From contig CAYZYT010000013.1 in NCBI GenBank assembly GCA_964482725.1, positions 1,465-65,464 on the forward strand: a stretch of 64,000 bases of DNA. Reading direction: 5' to 3'. The first letter of the stretch is position 1; every line of letters starts with the position of its first letter. The notes below the pieces were generated by a model. That model ran no database searches. It had not been told where the DNA came from and worked only from the letters and a program-made list of their open reading frames with translations. This document shows positions 1-9,414 of the stretch, one piece after another. Position numbers and translations under genes: made by a program. The DNA is from an uncultured bacterium (lineage in GTDB: Bacteria; Omnitrophota; Omnitrophia; Omnitrophales; Aquincolibacteriaceae).

Positions 1-3000
1 AATCCATGCCTTCCCAGTTCACACCCGCCTTGGAAAGCACCCCGAGATCCGACCAGTTCACGCCCGCCTTAGAAAGAACATCCATGCCAATCCAGTTCAT
101 ACCCGCCTTTGACATCACATTGAGATCCGACCAATTCACACCCGCCTGCGTCAAAACATTCAGGTCTGCCCAGTTCACGCCGGCCTTCGACAGAACATCC
201 ATGCCGGTCCAATTCACTCCAGACCGCGACATCACTTGAAGATCCGTCCAATTGACGCCCGTCTTCGAAAGAACATTCAGGTCCCCCCAATTCACGCCCC
301 CCACGGAGAGTGCCTGCATCCCGCTCCAGTTCACTCCGGTTCTGGACAGAACACCCACATCCAACCAGTTGACACCCGAACTCAACATGGCATTAAGATC
401 GCTCCAATTCAGACCCGCCTGGGTCAGAACGTTGAGATCCCCCCAATTGATCGCTGCTTTTGAAAGAGCCTTGATGTCTTGCCAATTCACGCCCGCGCGA
501 GAAAGCACCTGAATATCGTCCCAGTTCACCCCTCCTTCCGAAAGCGCCTGAATCCCGCTCCAGTTCACGCCCGCCCTCGACAGGACATCCATCCCGCTCC
601 AGTTCACTCCGGCCTTCGAGAGAACATCGATCCCGCTCCAGTTCATACCCGCTTTCGAAAGCACCCCCATATCCGACCAATTCACTCCGGCCCGCGACAT
701 CACATTGAGATCCGACCAATTGATCCCTGTTTCCGAAAGGACATTGAGATCCCCCCAATTCACTCCCGCTTTCGAAAGAACATCGATCCCGATCCAGTTC
801 ACGCCCGCCTTGGAAAGAACTCCCATATCCAGCCAATTCACACCAGCTTTTGACATCACATTGAGATCCGACCAGTTGACACCCCCCCGGGACAGAACAT
901 TCAGATCCGTCCAGTTCACTCCTGCCTTGGAAAGGATCCCCATATCAAGCCAATTCACTCCTGCCTTTGACATCACATTGAGATCCGACCAATTCACGCC
1001 CCCCGAAGAAAGCTCCTGGATCCCATTCCAATTCACCCCCGCCCGCGACATCGTCTGAAGATCTGCCCAATTCAAGCCTGCCCGCGTCAGCACGTTGAGA
1101 TCAGACCAGTTCACGCCAGCCTTAGAAAGGACATTAAGATCCGACCAGTTCACGCCGGACTTCGACAGCGCGCTCATATCCGACCAGTTCAAGCTGGCTT
1201 TGGACATGACATCCAGATCCGACCAGTTCACCCCGGCCCTTGAAAGAACATTCAAATCCGACCAGTTCACCCCAGCCCTTGAAAGAACATCGATGCCGCT
1301 CCAGTTGACTCCCATTTCAGACATCACATTAAGATCCGACCAATTCACGCCCGCTTTAGAAAGAGCGTCGATGCCGTTCCAATTCACACCCGCTTTTGTA
1401 AGTACTCCCATATCGAGCCAGTTGACCCCTGCTTTCGACATCACATTCAAATCGGCCCAGTTCACACCTCCCGCCGAAAGCGCCTGCATCCCGCTCCAAT
1501 TCACACCCGCTTTTGAAAAAACATTGAGATCCGCCCAGTTCACGCCACTTCGCGTGAGAACATTCAAATCCTCCCAATTCAAGTGAGCTTGGGTCAAGAT
1601 ATTAAGATCGGTCCAATTAATGCCCGCCTGGGATAAGGCTCCCATATCCAGCCAGTTCACACCGGCACGCGACAGCACATTTAGATCCGACCAATTCACA
1701 CCCGCTTTCGAAAAGATCCCGATGTCCGTCCAATTCACACCGGCGATCGACATCGCTTGGATCCCACTCCAGTTCACGCCCGCCTGGGAAAAAACATTTA
1801 GATCGGCCCAATTCACGCCGGCTCTTGAAAGAGCATCGATGCCACTCCAATTCACGCCCGCCTTGGAAAGCACCCCCATATCCAACCAATTCACACCCCC
1901 GACTGAAAACGCCTGGATCCCGCTCCAATTCACTTCCGCCCTTGAAAAAATATTAAGATCAGCCCAATTGATGCCCGCTTTGGAGAGAACATCGATCCCG
2001 GTCCAGTTCACGCCCTCTTTGGAAAGCACGCCCATCTCGGTCCAATTGATCCCGGCTTTAGACAATGAATCGATCCCGCTCCAATTCACTCCAATTCCCG
2101 AAAGGACATTGAGGTCCATCCAATTGACACCGGCTCGGGAAAGAGCATCGATCCCGCTCCAGTTGATCGCAACTTTGGACATAACACTAAGATCGATCCA
2201 ATTAACTCCGGCCCGGGAAAGGGCATCAATCCCGCTCCAGTTCATCCCCGCCTTAGAAAGCACACCGATATCCACCCAGTTCACACCGGCTTTGGAAAAA
2301 GAATCGATCCCGTCCCAATTCACACCCGCCTTCGACAATACATTTAAATCGGTCCAATTCACGCCCGATTTTGAAAGAATGTCGAAATCCGCCCAGTTCA
2401 CGCCGGCCGCCGAGAGCGCTTGCATCCCACTCCAGTTCACGCCCGCTTTCGAAAGCACATTAAAATCGGACCAATTCACACCCGCCTTCGAAAGCACATC
2501 GATACCGTTCCAGTTAACACCCGTTTTCGACAACACATTCAAATCGGACCAATTCACGCCCGCTACCGATATCACCTGAAGATCCGTCCAATTCACGCCC
2601 GCTTTGGAAATAGCATCCACACCGCTCCAATTCACACCCGCTTTTGTAAGCGCTCCAATGTCAAGCCAGTTCATACCAGCCTTCGACATCACATTAAGAT
2701 CTGACCAGTTAATCCCCCGGGTGGAAAGGGCATTCACATCGGACCAATTGATCCCGGCGTTCGAGAAAACACTCATATCCATCCAATTCACGCCCGCTTC
2801 CGAAAGAGCATCGATACCGCCCCAATTCACACCGGATTTTGAGAGAACATCGATCCCAATCCAGTTCACGCCCGCTTGCGAAAGAGCATCGATGCCGTCC
2901 CAGTTCACACCCGTGCGCGAGATCACCTGGAGATCCGTCCAGTTCACACCCGTCTTAGAAAGAACGCCCAAATCGGACCAGTTCACGCCCGCTTTAGAAA

Positions 3001-4915
3001 GGGCCTCCATATCGCCCCAGTTGACACCGGTCTGCGTCAACGTACTCAAGTCCGTCCAGTTAACACCCGCACGAGTTAAGACGTTGAGGTCCGCCCAATT
3101 GATCCCCTCTTTCGAGAGAATATCGAGATTTGCCCAGTTCACGTTGCCATCCGAAAGCGCCTGAATCCCGGACCAGTTCACACCGGCAGTCGAAAGGATA
3201 TCAAGATCCGCCCAATTCACTCCCGCTTTCGAAAGCACACTAAAATCGGACCAATTCACTCCCGCTTTCGAAAAGACTCCGATATCCAACCAATTGACTC
3301 CCGCTTGTGACATCACATTCAAACCGTCCCAGTTCACATTCGCGGAACTCATAACACGCATATCGGTCCAGTTCACATTGGCTTTTGTAAGCGCCGCCAA
3401 GTTATCCCAATTAATGGTCTCCGACCAATCGACATGAGCCCCGGTCATCTTCGCGAAATCATCCCAGTTCGCGCCGGCCTTGGACATACGTTGAATGTCT
3501 CCCCAGTTCACTCCCGCCTGGGACAGAACTTCGATATCGTTCCAGTTGATCCCAAGACTTGACATCCGTCCCACATCAAGCCAGTTCGTTCCGGCCACGG
3601 ACAAAGCCTCAATGCCGCTCCAATTCACCGCGGAAGCCGAAAGCGCTTCGATGCCGCTCCAGTTGACTTTCGCTTGACTCATTTTTGAAAGATCGGACCA
3701 ATTGACTCCGGAGACCGATAACAGGCCGAGATTTTCCCAATTGATCCCGGCCTTGGCCAAACGCCCGATATCTTTCCAGTTCACTCCCGCCAGCGTCAGC
3801 TGCTCGAGGTCAAGCCAGTTGATATTGGCCGTGCTAAACGACATGATCTCCGACCAACGGATGCCGGCCCTCGTCAGGGTCCGGACATCTTCCCAATTCA
3901 TACCTTTTGAGGACAACTCCGCGATATCATTCCAATTAACGCGAGCCTCCGACATCGCCTTCAAATCGTCCCAGTTCGCCTTGGCCACCGCGATCAAAAT
4001 ATCCCCGGTTTTTTTGTACAACGTCTCGGATTGGTTAGCTCCGACCGCGGTCTTGATCGCCTGGATATCCGACCAGTTCATGTCTTCCATTTTAGTTTTC
4101 ATCGAAGAAACATCCGTCTTGATCCCGGAAACATCCGAAGCCATCGAACCTGCCAGCGAGGGAGTAAGAACGTAGGTGCTCCTATAATTTGCACCCATAT
4201 AATTGATCTGGGTGGTAACGAGATACGAGGCATTCACATCGCCCGGGATCCAGGTTGACGAGAATACGCCACCACTGACAGCCGTGGCGGTTGTGAAGTT
4301 GAGACCCGAGTACGTACAGTCGCCTGGCACATAATCACCGTCGATCAGGATCTCGCGGGTTTGGTCATTCTCGTACCAGCTACTGACTGTAAAAGTGCCA
4401 TCGCTATAAGTCAGAACAGTCATCACATAGGTATGGTGATCCGCGACATTAAAAGCATCGGACGTGGCGGAGGTAAGGCCGGCGGCGCTCGCCTGCAGCG
4501 TATACATTTCTCCAGACTTATTCATGAACAAACCCTTCCCCGCGAAATCAGCCACGCCCCCGACGGCGTCCATGGTAATGGTACCGCCAAGCGTGGCTCC
4601 GGAGGGGTTGTTCGAAAGAGCCAGCGTAACGGTATTCGTCGCCGTCGCAAATAACTCATCATTCCCGTCCCGAATCTCCACAATGGGGTCTCTCGAGAAC
4701 ACCTGTCCGACAATTTGGTCTCCGGGATGAGCCGTAAAGACGAGGTGGGTGGGCACCTGCACGCTACCTTCCGCGGAAGAAGAACCCTCTCCGTCCCCGC
4801 CGGTGTAAATCGCGGCATTGCCTGTGTTCATTCCCAAAAAGAAAATAGCGGTCACCAGCCAGACCATGCTCCGGTAACCGGGATTTTTTTTATGGAAAAA
4901 GGAGAGGAAGCTCAT
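1..4915 (-). CDS. Giant secreted 13-aa tandem-repeat protein (partial; C-terminus beyond window start). Signal peptide + Ig-like domain + >100 'NWxD[LI]xx[LM]SxAGV' repeats
   Basis: Manual minus-strand translation from ATG at 4915: MSFLSFFHKKNPGYRSMVWLVTAIFFLGMNTGNAAIYTGGDGEGSSSAEGSVQVPTHLVFTAHPGDQIVGQVF... then ...MNWSDIQAIKTAV.., VNWNDIAELSSKGMNWEDVRTLTRAGIRWSEIMSFSTANINWLDLEQLTLAGVNWKDIGRLAKAGINWENLGLLSVSGVNWSDLSKMSQAKVNWSGIEALSASAVNWSGIEALSVAGTNWLDVGRMSSLGINWNDIEVLSQAGVNW... Open continuously down to ~3290 by hand; units sampled at 1-400 give the same frame (SDLGVLSKAGVNW, IGMDVLSKAGVNW, SDLNVMSKAGMNW). Strictly conservative substitutions (L/M, K/R, N/D/Q). Absent from ORF track because no in-window stop. 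Confidence 0.75.
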   Translation of the reverse strand, partial: MSFLSFFHKKNPGYRSMVWLVTAIFFLGMNTGNAAIYTGGDGEGSSSAEGSVQVPTHLVFTAHPGDQIVGQVFSRDPIVEIRDGNDELFATATNTVTLALSNNPSGATLGGTITMDAVGGVADFAGKGLFMNKSGEMYTLQASAAGLTSATSDAFNVADHHTYVMTVLTYSDGTFTVSSWYENDQTREILIDGDYVPGDCTYSGLNFTTATAVSGGVFSSTWIPGDVNASYLVTTQINYMGANYRSTYVLTPSLAGSMASDVSGIKTDVSSMKTKMEDMNWSDIQAIKTAVGANQSETLYKKTGDILIAVAKANWDDLKAMSEARVNWNDIAELSSKGMNWEDVRTLTRAGIRWSEIMSFSTANINWLDLEQLTLAGVNWKDIGRLAKAGINWENLGLLSVSGVNWSDLSKMSQAKVNWSGIEALSASAVNWSGIEALSVAGTNWLDVGRMSSLGINWNDIEVLSQAGVNWGDIQRMSKAGANWDDFAKMTGAHVDWSETINWDNLAALTKANVNWTDMRVMSSANVNWDGLNVMSQAGVNWLDIGVFSKAGVNWSDFSVLSKAGVNWADLDILSTAGVNWSGIQALSDGNVNWANLDILSKEGINWADLNVLTRAGVNWTDLSTLTQTGVNWGDMEALSKAGVNWSDLGVLSKTGVNWTDLQVISRTGVNWDGIDALSQAGVNWIGIDVLSKSGVNWGGIDALSEAGVNWMDMSVFSNAGINWSDVNALSTRGINWSDLNVMSKAGMNWLDIGALTKAGVNWSGVDAISKAGVNWTDLQVISVAGVNWSDLNVLSKTGVNWNGIDVLSKAGVNWSDFNVLSKAGVNWSGMQALSAAGVNWADFDILSKSGVNWTDLNVLSKAGVNWDGIDSFSKAGVNWVDIGVLSKAGMNWSGIDALSRAGVNWIDLSVMSKVAINWSGIDALSRAGVNWMDLNVLSGIGVNWSGIDSLSKAGINWTEMGVLSKEGVNWTGIDVLSKAGINWADLNIFSRAEVNWSGIQAFSVGGVNWLDMGVLSKAGVNWSGIDALSRAGVNWADLNVFSQAGVNWSGIQAMSIAGVNWTDIGIFSKAGVNWSDLNVLSRAGVNWLDMGALSQAGINWTDLNILTQAHLNWEDLNVLTRSGVNWADLNVFSKAGVNWSGMQALSAGGVNWADLNVMSKAGVNWLDMGVLTKAGVNWNGIDALSKAGVNWSDLNVMSEMGVNWSGIDVLSRAGVNWSDLNVLSRAGVNWSDLDVMSKASLNWSDMSALSKSGVNWSDLNVLSKAGVNWSDLNVLTRAGLNWADLQTMSRAGVNWNGIQELSSGGVNWSDLNVMSKAGVNWLDMGILSKAGVNWTDLNVLSRGGVNWSDLNVMSKAGVNWLDMGVLSKAGVNWIGIDVLSKAGVNWGDLNVLSETGINWSDLNVMSRAGVNWSDMGVLSKAGMNWSGIDVLSKAGVNWSGMDVLSRAGVNWSGIQALSEGGVNWDDIQVLSRAGVNWQDIKALSKAAINWGDLNVLTQAGLNWSDLNAMLSSGVNWLDVGVLSRTGVNWSGMQALSVGGVNWGDLNVLSKTGVNWTDLQVMSRSGVNWTGMDVLSKAGVNWADLNVLTQAGVNWSDLNVMSKAGMNWIGMDVLSKAGVNWSDLGVLSKAGVNWEGMD

Positions 4916-6501
4916 GACGCGGTCCTCGCGCAACGCCCGCCATAATCGGCTCCACGCGTCGTGTCGGCCGTGGCGGCTCGATCACGATCTGAAACTGCAA
5001 GCCGCACGACATCTGCGGAAGCAACAGACCAACCGCCGCCTTTCAAGCCACTCCCCACGGCATCGCTCAATCCCGGCCATGATTCATTGGCATCGCCTTG
5101 CGCAGTCAATCCGCCATCTCCGTGAGCTCCGTTAAACCCGCGGCCTTCTGAATTTCCGACAGTCACGACACGCTCCCACACATTTCCGGAAAGGTCCAGA
5201 TTGCCGTAATAACCCGCTCCCGAAGCAACGCGAGTCGTTGTGGAAGTCGTCGCAAAAATACCCACCCGAAGAGGACCGGTCCCCGACTCCGTAACGCCGG
5301 TAAAATTGACATTGCCATATAAAGCATTCGCACCGCTCGTGGTGATCGTTTCCCCGCCGGTCTCGGGCCCCGAAATCCCACTGCCCGCCGGTTTCATAAT
5401 GCTGTCATTGCCCCAGGCATATTCTCCCGCCACGGGAGCATTCCCCGCTCCGCGGCAGGCTTTTTCAAATTCAAGTTCCGTCATAGGTCTCAAACCAGCC
5501 CAGTCCGCATAGGCCGCAAGATCCATCCATGAAAGAAAACCGCAAGCTCGGGGCGAGCGCGTCGTCCGTGCGTCTCCAGACTCCCAAAAGATCGTATTTC
5601 GGCTCACCACGCCATCGCTGTTTTTCCCCGAAGCGGCCGTGATATCGCGCGTGGCCTTCTGAGTCGCGGTCAGTGTATTGAAAAAACCGACCCATTGCCC
5701 TTCCGAGATTTTATATTTCATCAGATAAAAAGGTGCATAACCTTTAGGGAACGCTGCCGCGAGCGGTCCCGCGCCGCCGATGCCACTCGGACCACCGTTC
5801 GACCAAAGGTTCCCCTCGACGGCGTTGATGGTAAGAGCTGCTTCCGAAGTAACCCGGTAAGGGATCGTAGCCCCATCGATCCACGACCCGTCCGTCAAAC
5901 TGTTCGATTCTGTTCCTCCGGAACCAACATAAAACGCCCCTTCAGGGATATAGACCATTTCGATTGCAAAAACATTGACCCGCGTCGACGTCGCACGAGC
6001 ATTCGCGTCACTCACACCATTCGCGGCATAATCCCAAACCAGTTTGATTCCGCTGGTGGAAACAGTCCCCGTCCCCGCACTCGAACGCCGGATAAAACAA
6101 CCCTTAAGATCCCCGGGGACCACCAGATCGATAGTCGTCCCGGTGCCGCGCTCAAAACCGGCGGGATTGGCGCCAGCAGTTTTGAGGATCGCGTGATGCC
6201 AAGAGGATCCGGAATCCGTGGAATATTTGACGAAAATCCAAACCGCATCATAATTGGCGGCATCGTACCAAGAGTTGTCCCACGAAATATTAAGACCGAT
6301 TTTTGCGGTATGGGTTCCGCTATCCTGATCCGCTACGACCACTCTGGAAACGCGTACATTATTGGCGAGAGCCGAAAGAGGAAAGGAGAGAACAAGGAGC
6401 GCTAAGGCCAAGGATATCTTCCAATTTCTTCCCCTGTCTAACTCCTTGCAGCAGAAGAGACTACCACCACTTACTTGTCTTAAAAAAGCTCTAAGCATCA
6501 A
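4912..6501 (-). CDS. FGE-sulfatase / DUF323 (SUMF1-like, C-type-lectin fold) domain protein with N-terminal signal/TM segment
   Basis: 529 aa ORF. Motifs VYIPEGAFYVGSGG, LMKYKISEGQWVGFF, GFLSWMDLAAYADWAGLRPMTELEFEKACRGAG, YAWGN, GNVWERV, GGGWSV match the formylglycine-generating-enzyme family. Stop TGA overlaps the start ATG of the downstream giant gene (ATGA). Confidence 0.8.
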   Translation of the reverse strand: MMLRAFLRQVSGGSLFCCKELDRGRNWKISLALALLVLSFPLSALANNVRVSRVVVADQDSGTHTAKIGLNISWDNSWYDAANYDAVWIFVKYSTDSGSSWHHAILKTAGANPAGFERGTGTTIDLVVPGDLKGCFIRRSSAGTGTVSTSGIKLVWDYAANGVSDANARATSTRVNVFAIEMVYIPEGAFYVGSGGTESNSLTDGSWIDGATIPYRVTSEAALTINAVEGNLWSNGGPSGIGGAGPLAAAFPKGYAPFYLMKYKISEGQWVGFFNTLTATQKATRDITAASGKNSDGVVSRNTIFWESGDARTTRSPRACGFLSWMDLAAYADWAGLRPMTELEFEKACRGAGNAPVAGEYAWGNDSIMKPAGSGISGPETGGETITTSGANALYGNVNFTGVTESGTGPLRVGIFATTSTTTRVASGAGYYGNLDLSGNVWERVVTVGNSEGRGFNGAHGDGGLTAQGDANESWPGLSDAVGSGLKGGGWSVASADVVRLAVSDRDRAATADTTRGADYGGRCARTAS

Positions 6502-6753
6502 CTGAACCTATCTCAATTTTGCGCATCCTGGGCGAAAGGCGCGCTGTTTTCAGAAATTCTTCGATGCGTCAATGAGCATTTTAACTTAACCTCAAATGGC
6601 TAAGCAACTTACACAATAATTATAGCATGAATCCCTCTTTGGTGTAGGAGAATTAGATAGATTTTTGTCAATACAATGGAGGATAAAAACTGCAGGGATT
6701 CTCAGATCAAAACTACCTAAAAAAAACAACGTAACTACATTGCCCTAAACAGG

Positions 6754-7680
6754 TTACATCTCTTTTTGCATTTTCTCGAAATCTCTCTTGAGAGGCTCAT
6801 CCGGCGCTACTCGAGACAATTGATTCAAATCCCAGAGCCGCATCCTGATTTTCTTAGACTCTTCACTCGGCGGTTTTAGATTCAGATATTGTTGATAATA
6901 GGTCCTCGCCTCGATTTGTTTCGCCAAATGATAGTCGTAAATAATAGCAAGATTATGATAAGCCCATGCCAATTTCGGATTCAGATGGAGGGCTTTTTTA
7001 TACTGACCGATCGCATCTTCGTATCGCCCAAGATCGTAATACACATTGCCAAGATCAAAACAGGCTCCGACCAGCTGATCCTTGAGGCTCAAATTTTCGG
7101 AATTCACCCCGGCCACCATCCCCACCGAATTTTTTACGGACTCTTCATTCTTTTTCGCAACGTCAATGATCCGGCTACGTTCCGGCTCCAGAACCGACTG
7201 GTTCAAAAGCCCTTTTAATTTTTCATTGGTGTCGTTCAACTCTTGATTTTTTGCTGTGATCTCCTGACGCTGGACCGCCGTATCCAGGCTGCCGCCTTCC
7301 AGCTTCGCGATCTCTTTGCGCGATGCCTCGAGCTCAGACTTCAGCGTTTCGACCTGGGAGCTGATCTCACGCTCTTTCGCACCCCCACCGCTCTGCGTTT
7401 GCTGGGCCTGTAGCGCAAGGTCGTTCTTCTCCGCGGTAAGCTTCTCATAAGAATCCTGGAGATCTCGCATATTCTGGCGAACCCTGCGGTTTTCCTTCAA
7501 AGTTTCATTCAACGTATATAATATTTTCTCGACATTTTGTCCTTCCGGAGTCGAGGGGCCGACAGAAGCAGGGTCCTTCTCCTTGGCCGCAAACGCCAAA
7601 TTCGCATTGAACCCCAAGGACAAAACCAACACGCCCAGCCCGAAAATCTGAAAACTTTTAGGGAAGAAATTCCTCGTCAT
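6754..7680 (-). CDS. Secreted coiled-coil + C-terminal TPR protein (possible secretin-associated / pilotin-like)
   Basis: 308 aa; N-terminal signal peptide; long heptad-rich region (LKSELEASRKEIAKLEG...); C-terminal TPR (YYDLGRYEDAIGQYKKALHLNP, AWAYHNLAIIY). Start overlaps secretin stop (ATGA). Confidence 0.6.
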   Translation of the reverse strand: MTRNFFPKSFQIFGLGVLVLSLGFNANLAFAAKEKDPASVGPSTPEGQNVEKILYTLNETLKENRRVRQNMRDLQDSYEKLTAEKNDLALQAQQTQSGGGAKEREISSQVETLKSELEASRKEIAKLEGGSLDTAVQRQEITAKNQELNDTNEKLKGLLNQSVLEPERSRIIDVAKKNEESVKNSVGMVAGVNSENLSLKDQLVGACFDLGNVYYDLGRYEDAIGQYKKALHLNPKLAWAYHNLAIIYDYHLAKQIEARTYYQQYLNLKPPSEESKKIRMRLWDLNQLSRVAPDEPLKRDFEKMQKEM

Positions 7681-9413
7681 CGCTGCGCCCTTTTAATGTC
7701 TGGTATTTTTTGCAACAAAGTCGCCGACCCATCCATGAGCGGTGGGGAGTAATCTCCACCCGTTCCTTGCTGCTTCCCCACATCAAAAGCCCCAATCCCA
7801 AGCATGCTGAGCGTATCCGTCGGCATACTTCGCGCCGACCGCGACGTAGGATTTCTGGTTTTGATCGCGATCGGCTCATCGAGATAATCTTCTTCTCCCG
7901 TCACAATGTGCGGAGTGATAATAACCGCGATCTCCGTTTTTTTGAAGCTCTCATTACGCGCCTTGAACATATGCCCCACGACCGGAATGTCCATCAAATA
8001 AGGGACTCCCTGATTACTCCGGGTCTGTTCATCCCGAATGAGCCCTCCCAACACCACCGAATTCCCATCTTGGATGATGACGGTCGATTCCACGAAAGTG
8101 GTATTCACTTTTGGGATCACGTTCTTAGTGGGCGTGACCAACTCACCGATCTGGCTTGAAATCTCCGGCCGGATCTTCATGGTCACAAAACCCTTGTCAT
8201 TAATGACGGGCGTCACCACAAGCACAAGACCGATGTCAATAAAACGGATGTCTTCACTGACGGAAACATTATTCCCGGTCCCCGTCGACGTGGTCACCAC
8301 ATACGGGATCCGGTCTCCGATGTTGATCTTTGCCTCCTCGCGGTCCATGATCATGACGCGCGGGTTCGCAAGCAACTTCGTATCCTCGATCTCCTTGACC
8401 GCTTTCAAATTAGCCGCGATCTCATCTGTCGCAAAATTCCCGACCACGATCTTTCCGAATTTCCCAAGGTTGGAGGCCGTAGTCTCCATGGGAAACGAAC
8501 TTGCAATGCTCGAATTGTCGAGCCTCCGAAAGACCTTTTGCCAATCGATCCCCCAATTGTATTTAGGATTGAGCGTGAGCTGCAGGATTCTTGTTTCGAC
8601 CATCACGGCCCGGGTCTGCCGGTCGAGCGCCTTGACAAGCCGGACCGCTTGCTCCATCCGTTCAGGATACGCGCTGATCATGATCTGGTTCGACCTGACA
8701 TCCGCCGCGACCGTCCCGACCCCTTTCCCGTCGATCTGCGGTTTCAGCTGCGCCGCAATGTCCTCCGCTTTCGCAAATTGAAGCTTGATCACTTGCGTGG
8801 CAATGTTGTTCTCCACTTGATCCAAAATGGTGTTCATCTGCATCAACTTCTCCGCAGTGTCGATCATCACCACCGTCCCTGCGTCTTCGTCGATAATGAC
8901 TTTCCCGATCGCGCTCTGAATGGATTGCAACGTCGCAAGCACGTAGCTGGGTTTGGCGGTTTTCAGCGTACGGATCGAGATCTTCCGGTTGTCATTGAAA
9001 GTTTTACCGTGCGTTAACGCGTACTCATCTTCGGTCATGATGAGAATGATGCCGTTCCGGATCTGGTAGGCAAGCTGGTTGGAAATGACCAGAATATCCA
9101 ACGCATCTTTGATCTTCACGTTTTTCAGCAACAAAGTCGAACGTCCCTGGACATTGCGACTTGTCACAATATTAAGGCCCCCTTGAACTGCGATAAACTT
9201 GAAAACATCAATGACATTGATATCGCGAAGATCGAGGAAGATCGTTTTTTCAAGGCCGGATTGGGGATCCTTGGCGGCGGCCACTGTCCCCGGAGCTTTG
9301 TCTTCTGGAAAAGCGCTCGGAGCCACAGGGAAACTCGCCGCGATCATGACGGCCAGCAGCACCTTGCCCAGCTTAGAAAATTTCTCTCGCTTTCCCATAG
9401 TCGCGTTTCTCAT
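7677..9413 (-). CDS. Secretin (GspD/PilQ family outer-membrane channel)
   Basis: C-terminal secretin domain: LLANPRVMIMDREEAKINIGDRIPYVVTT..., VTPVINDKGFVTMKIRPEISS, VPYLMDIPVVGHMFKARNESFKKTEIAVIITPHIV. N0/N1-like domains upstream. Start chosen at the MRNATMGKREK methionine just after the upstream stop. Confidence 0.85.
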   Translation of the reverse strand: MRNATMGKREKFSKLGKVLLAVMIAASFPVAPSAFPEDKAPGTVAAAKDPQSGLEKTIFLDLRDINVIDVFKFIAVQGGLNIVTSRNVQGRSTLLLKNVKIKDALDILVISNQLAYQIRNGIILIMTEDEYALTHGKTFNDNRKISIRTLKTAKPSYVLATLQSIQSAIGKVIIDEDAGTVVMIDTAEKLMQMNTILDQVENNIATQVIKLQFAKAEDIAAQLKPQIDGKGVGTVAADVRSNQIMISAYPERMEQAVRLVKALDRQTRAVMVETRILQLTLNPKYNWGIDWQKVFRRLDNSSIASSFPMETTASNLGKFGKIVVGNFATDEIAANLKAVKEIEDTKLLANPRVMIMDREEAKINIGDRIPYVVTTSTGTGNNVSVSEDIRFIDIGLVLVVTPVINDKGFVTMKIRPEISSQIGELVTPTKNVIPKVNTTFVESTVIIQDGNSVVLGGLIRDEQTRSNQGVPYLMDIPVVGHMFKARNESFKKTEIAVIITPHIVTGEEDYLDEPIAIKTRNPTSRSARSMPTDTLSMLGIGAFDVGKQQGTGGDYSPPLMDGSATLLQKIPDIKRAQR

Positions 9414-9414
9414 T

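Noticed and set aside
6-4175. Plus-strand ORFs (QFTPA... peptides) as real genes, or as one gene interrupted by TGA codons read as Sec/Gly/Trp (selenoprotein or genetic code 4/25)
   Set aside because: Conserved housekeeping genes in the same window (ftsH, ruvB, malQ, cysN, etc.) are full length under the standard code, so there is no global TGA reassignment. The TGA-only pattern is exactly what an antisense shadow of a Tyr-free minus-strand protein predicts. The minus frame gives a far more conservative repeat protein with a signal peptide and a coupled start.
1-4200. The 39-bp periodic array as a CRISPR array or non-coding satellite
   Set aside because: There is no invariant repeat alternating with unique spacers. 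Periodicity is a multiple of 3 and conserved positions map to codon positions 1-2 of the minus frame. The array is continuous with an N-terminal signal peptide and Ig-like domain.
1-4200. Repeat region as assembly collapse or expansion artefact
   Set aside because: Units differ at many positions with no long exact duplicates, which is consistent with an old, stable repeat gene. The exact copy number in the full gene still needs long-read confirmation.
4912-6501. FGE-domain protein as the variable protein of a diversity-generating retroelement
   Set aside because: No reverse transcriptase, template repeat or adenine-specific VR/TR pair is detectable in this window. Kept only as something to test genome-wide.
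8038-9017. Plus-strand ORFs antisense to the secretin (247 aa, 159 aa)
   Set aside because: They overlap a strongly supported minus-strand secretin, and their peptides are low-complexity with no motifs. Treated as shadow ORFs.
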